Below the pieces are notes generated by a model. It ran no database searches, was not told the origin of the DNA, and worked only from the letters and a program-made list of their open reading frames with translations. 64,000 nt of DNA from Raillietiella orientalis (Eukaryota), in contig JAYWIR010000029.1 of the NCBI GenBank assembly GCA_036172245.1, positions 2,418,001 to 2,482,000 of the forward strand, written 5' to 3'. The first letter of the stretch is position 1. Every line of letters begins with the position of its first letter. The translations under genes and the position numbers were made by a program. Positions 62,401-64,000 of the stretch are shown one piece after another.

Positions 62401-64000
62401 AGTGATAGAATTCACTAGTGCAGGCCCAAAAGAGCAACTCTACTGACAGGTCCTGCCAAAAAGAGAAGGGCTACTGATATGGGTCGCAACGAAAGGGTTC
62501 GATGCAAGCAGACAGCAGGCAGGAAGTACCCCGGGAAGCGAAAACCCGCCCGATCCGTGGGGCTTGCCAATCATCAGGAGCCAGGAAGTCAGGAGTGATT
62601 CTGGTCTGCCCCACGGGCAGAAAACTGCGCGCTGTACCATGAAAAGAGTGTAGGTCGCCTAGTTCGGCGAACCACCACTGTGGATCCACAGAAACACTCT
62701 GCACTTCAAGGCATGAGATTGCTCTCAGGACTTCTTGTGTAAAAGATCATTCGTCAGATAAAGGGACGTTTGTTGGGAAAGAATGAAAGATGCTAAGAAC
62801 GTTCGAACTGTTCTGTGAGGATCCTCTCAATGGAAAAAAAAAATTTGCGGCCGTGCCTATCCTCTATTGATGACGAGAAGTTATCGAATTAGTTTTCTAG
62901 CCAGTGAGTCCCCAGTCGGAATAGTCATGCATCTGAATACTTCCCAGAAACGAGTCATGAAACAGAGACTCAGAGGAATAAATGATTCCAGAATCAGGTT
63001 TCAGGAAGGGCGATGCAAGGAGCAGCTGCAGAGCGAGTGCTGGACACCATTTGCGGGGCACAAACTCTCTTGAATAAATCCGATACCCTGTCCCGGAATC
63101 GTATCCTGCAAAGGGCCATAGCAACCGAATGTCCGTCCTCTTTGATTCCAGCTTCTCTCAAGCCAAAGAGAGACTCTCGGACGAAATCTGTTCCATCTTT
63201 CGAAGGAAGGCAGCAGGTGAAAGTAAAGGGCAAGGTAACAGTAGCCAGATTCTGATACTCCAGAAAAGCATCGTGCCTCTCACACAAAGCCAATTGAAAG
63301 AGGTGATTTGACATGGCTTCCAGCCGGAATCGACGGATTCTCTAAAAGGGGAAACGAACGCAACAGCCATAAGGAGGAAAACCTCCAAGGAAGGAAAATT
63401 TGTCGTCAGCCAGTTGCCCCAGGCTGTGCTTTTGAGAAGAGCTTGAAAAGTATCTTTTGCAATCAGTTGGCTTCAGATGTGCTGCCCTGGGTTTTCCACA
63501 GTCCTTTTTCTTTGATGCTGATCACGCTCTCGACACTTCAGAAACAGAGGCATTTCTCCAGACGTCTCAACCCAAGATTTCGAATAGTGATGCTGAAGCA
63601 GGGGAATCTCTTGTTAATGTCTGGAAAGCCAAACAAAGAATTGGAAATGGTTTCTGTCTTCAGGAGATGAAGCCTGCAAAGATGCGTTTCTTCGATTCCT
63701 TTTTATCTTCGAATAGTTGATTCTGCCTCAGCCTGGTTTGTTTTATAGCTCTTCTCATGTTTAACTCTGTGAAATCCAGAACTCAGGAAGACCGTGCGTG
63801 CGTTGTATACCCTTTCCCACTACAGCCAGCTGTAAAATTCGAATCACCCTGAAGAGGGAACAAACTATTCTTTGAGCAAATAGGAAAGGCTGTTCACTGC
63901 AAATCCGCGTGCGTACAAACTCACGATGGAACGATAAAAACTGACATTTTGATTTTTTAACGGATCACCATGGAATTCCGAATCGGATTACCTGTGTCTG

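Overview
Eukaryotic (invertebrate animal, probably arthropod) nuclear DNA. An AT-rich gene island holds two intact convergent genes: EEF1AKMT2/METTL10 (+, 6 exons, 217 aa) and MFSD6 (-, 9 coding exons, 695 aa). Their stop codons are 58 nt apart, and 11 of their 13 introns are only 39-48 nt. The 6.8-kb first intron of MFSD6 contains an intact selenocysteine tRNA gene in antisense orientation. The rest of the window is mostly retro-element debris: at least nine truncated copies of one L1/Tx1-like LINE family with a conserved 3' stem-loop, six copies of a ~700-bp tRNA-headed SINE whose body is an array of UUCG-type mini-hairpins (two of them interrupted by the LINE), and older decayed LINEs. There are also processed pseudogenes of DUSP11/PIR1 and SF3B4, a zf-MYND pseudogene fragment, and a mitochondrial nad6 NUMT that appears to be inserted inside the DUSP11 retrocopy. 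All calls come from manual reading and motif recall; no searches were run, and repeat boundaries are approximate.
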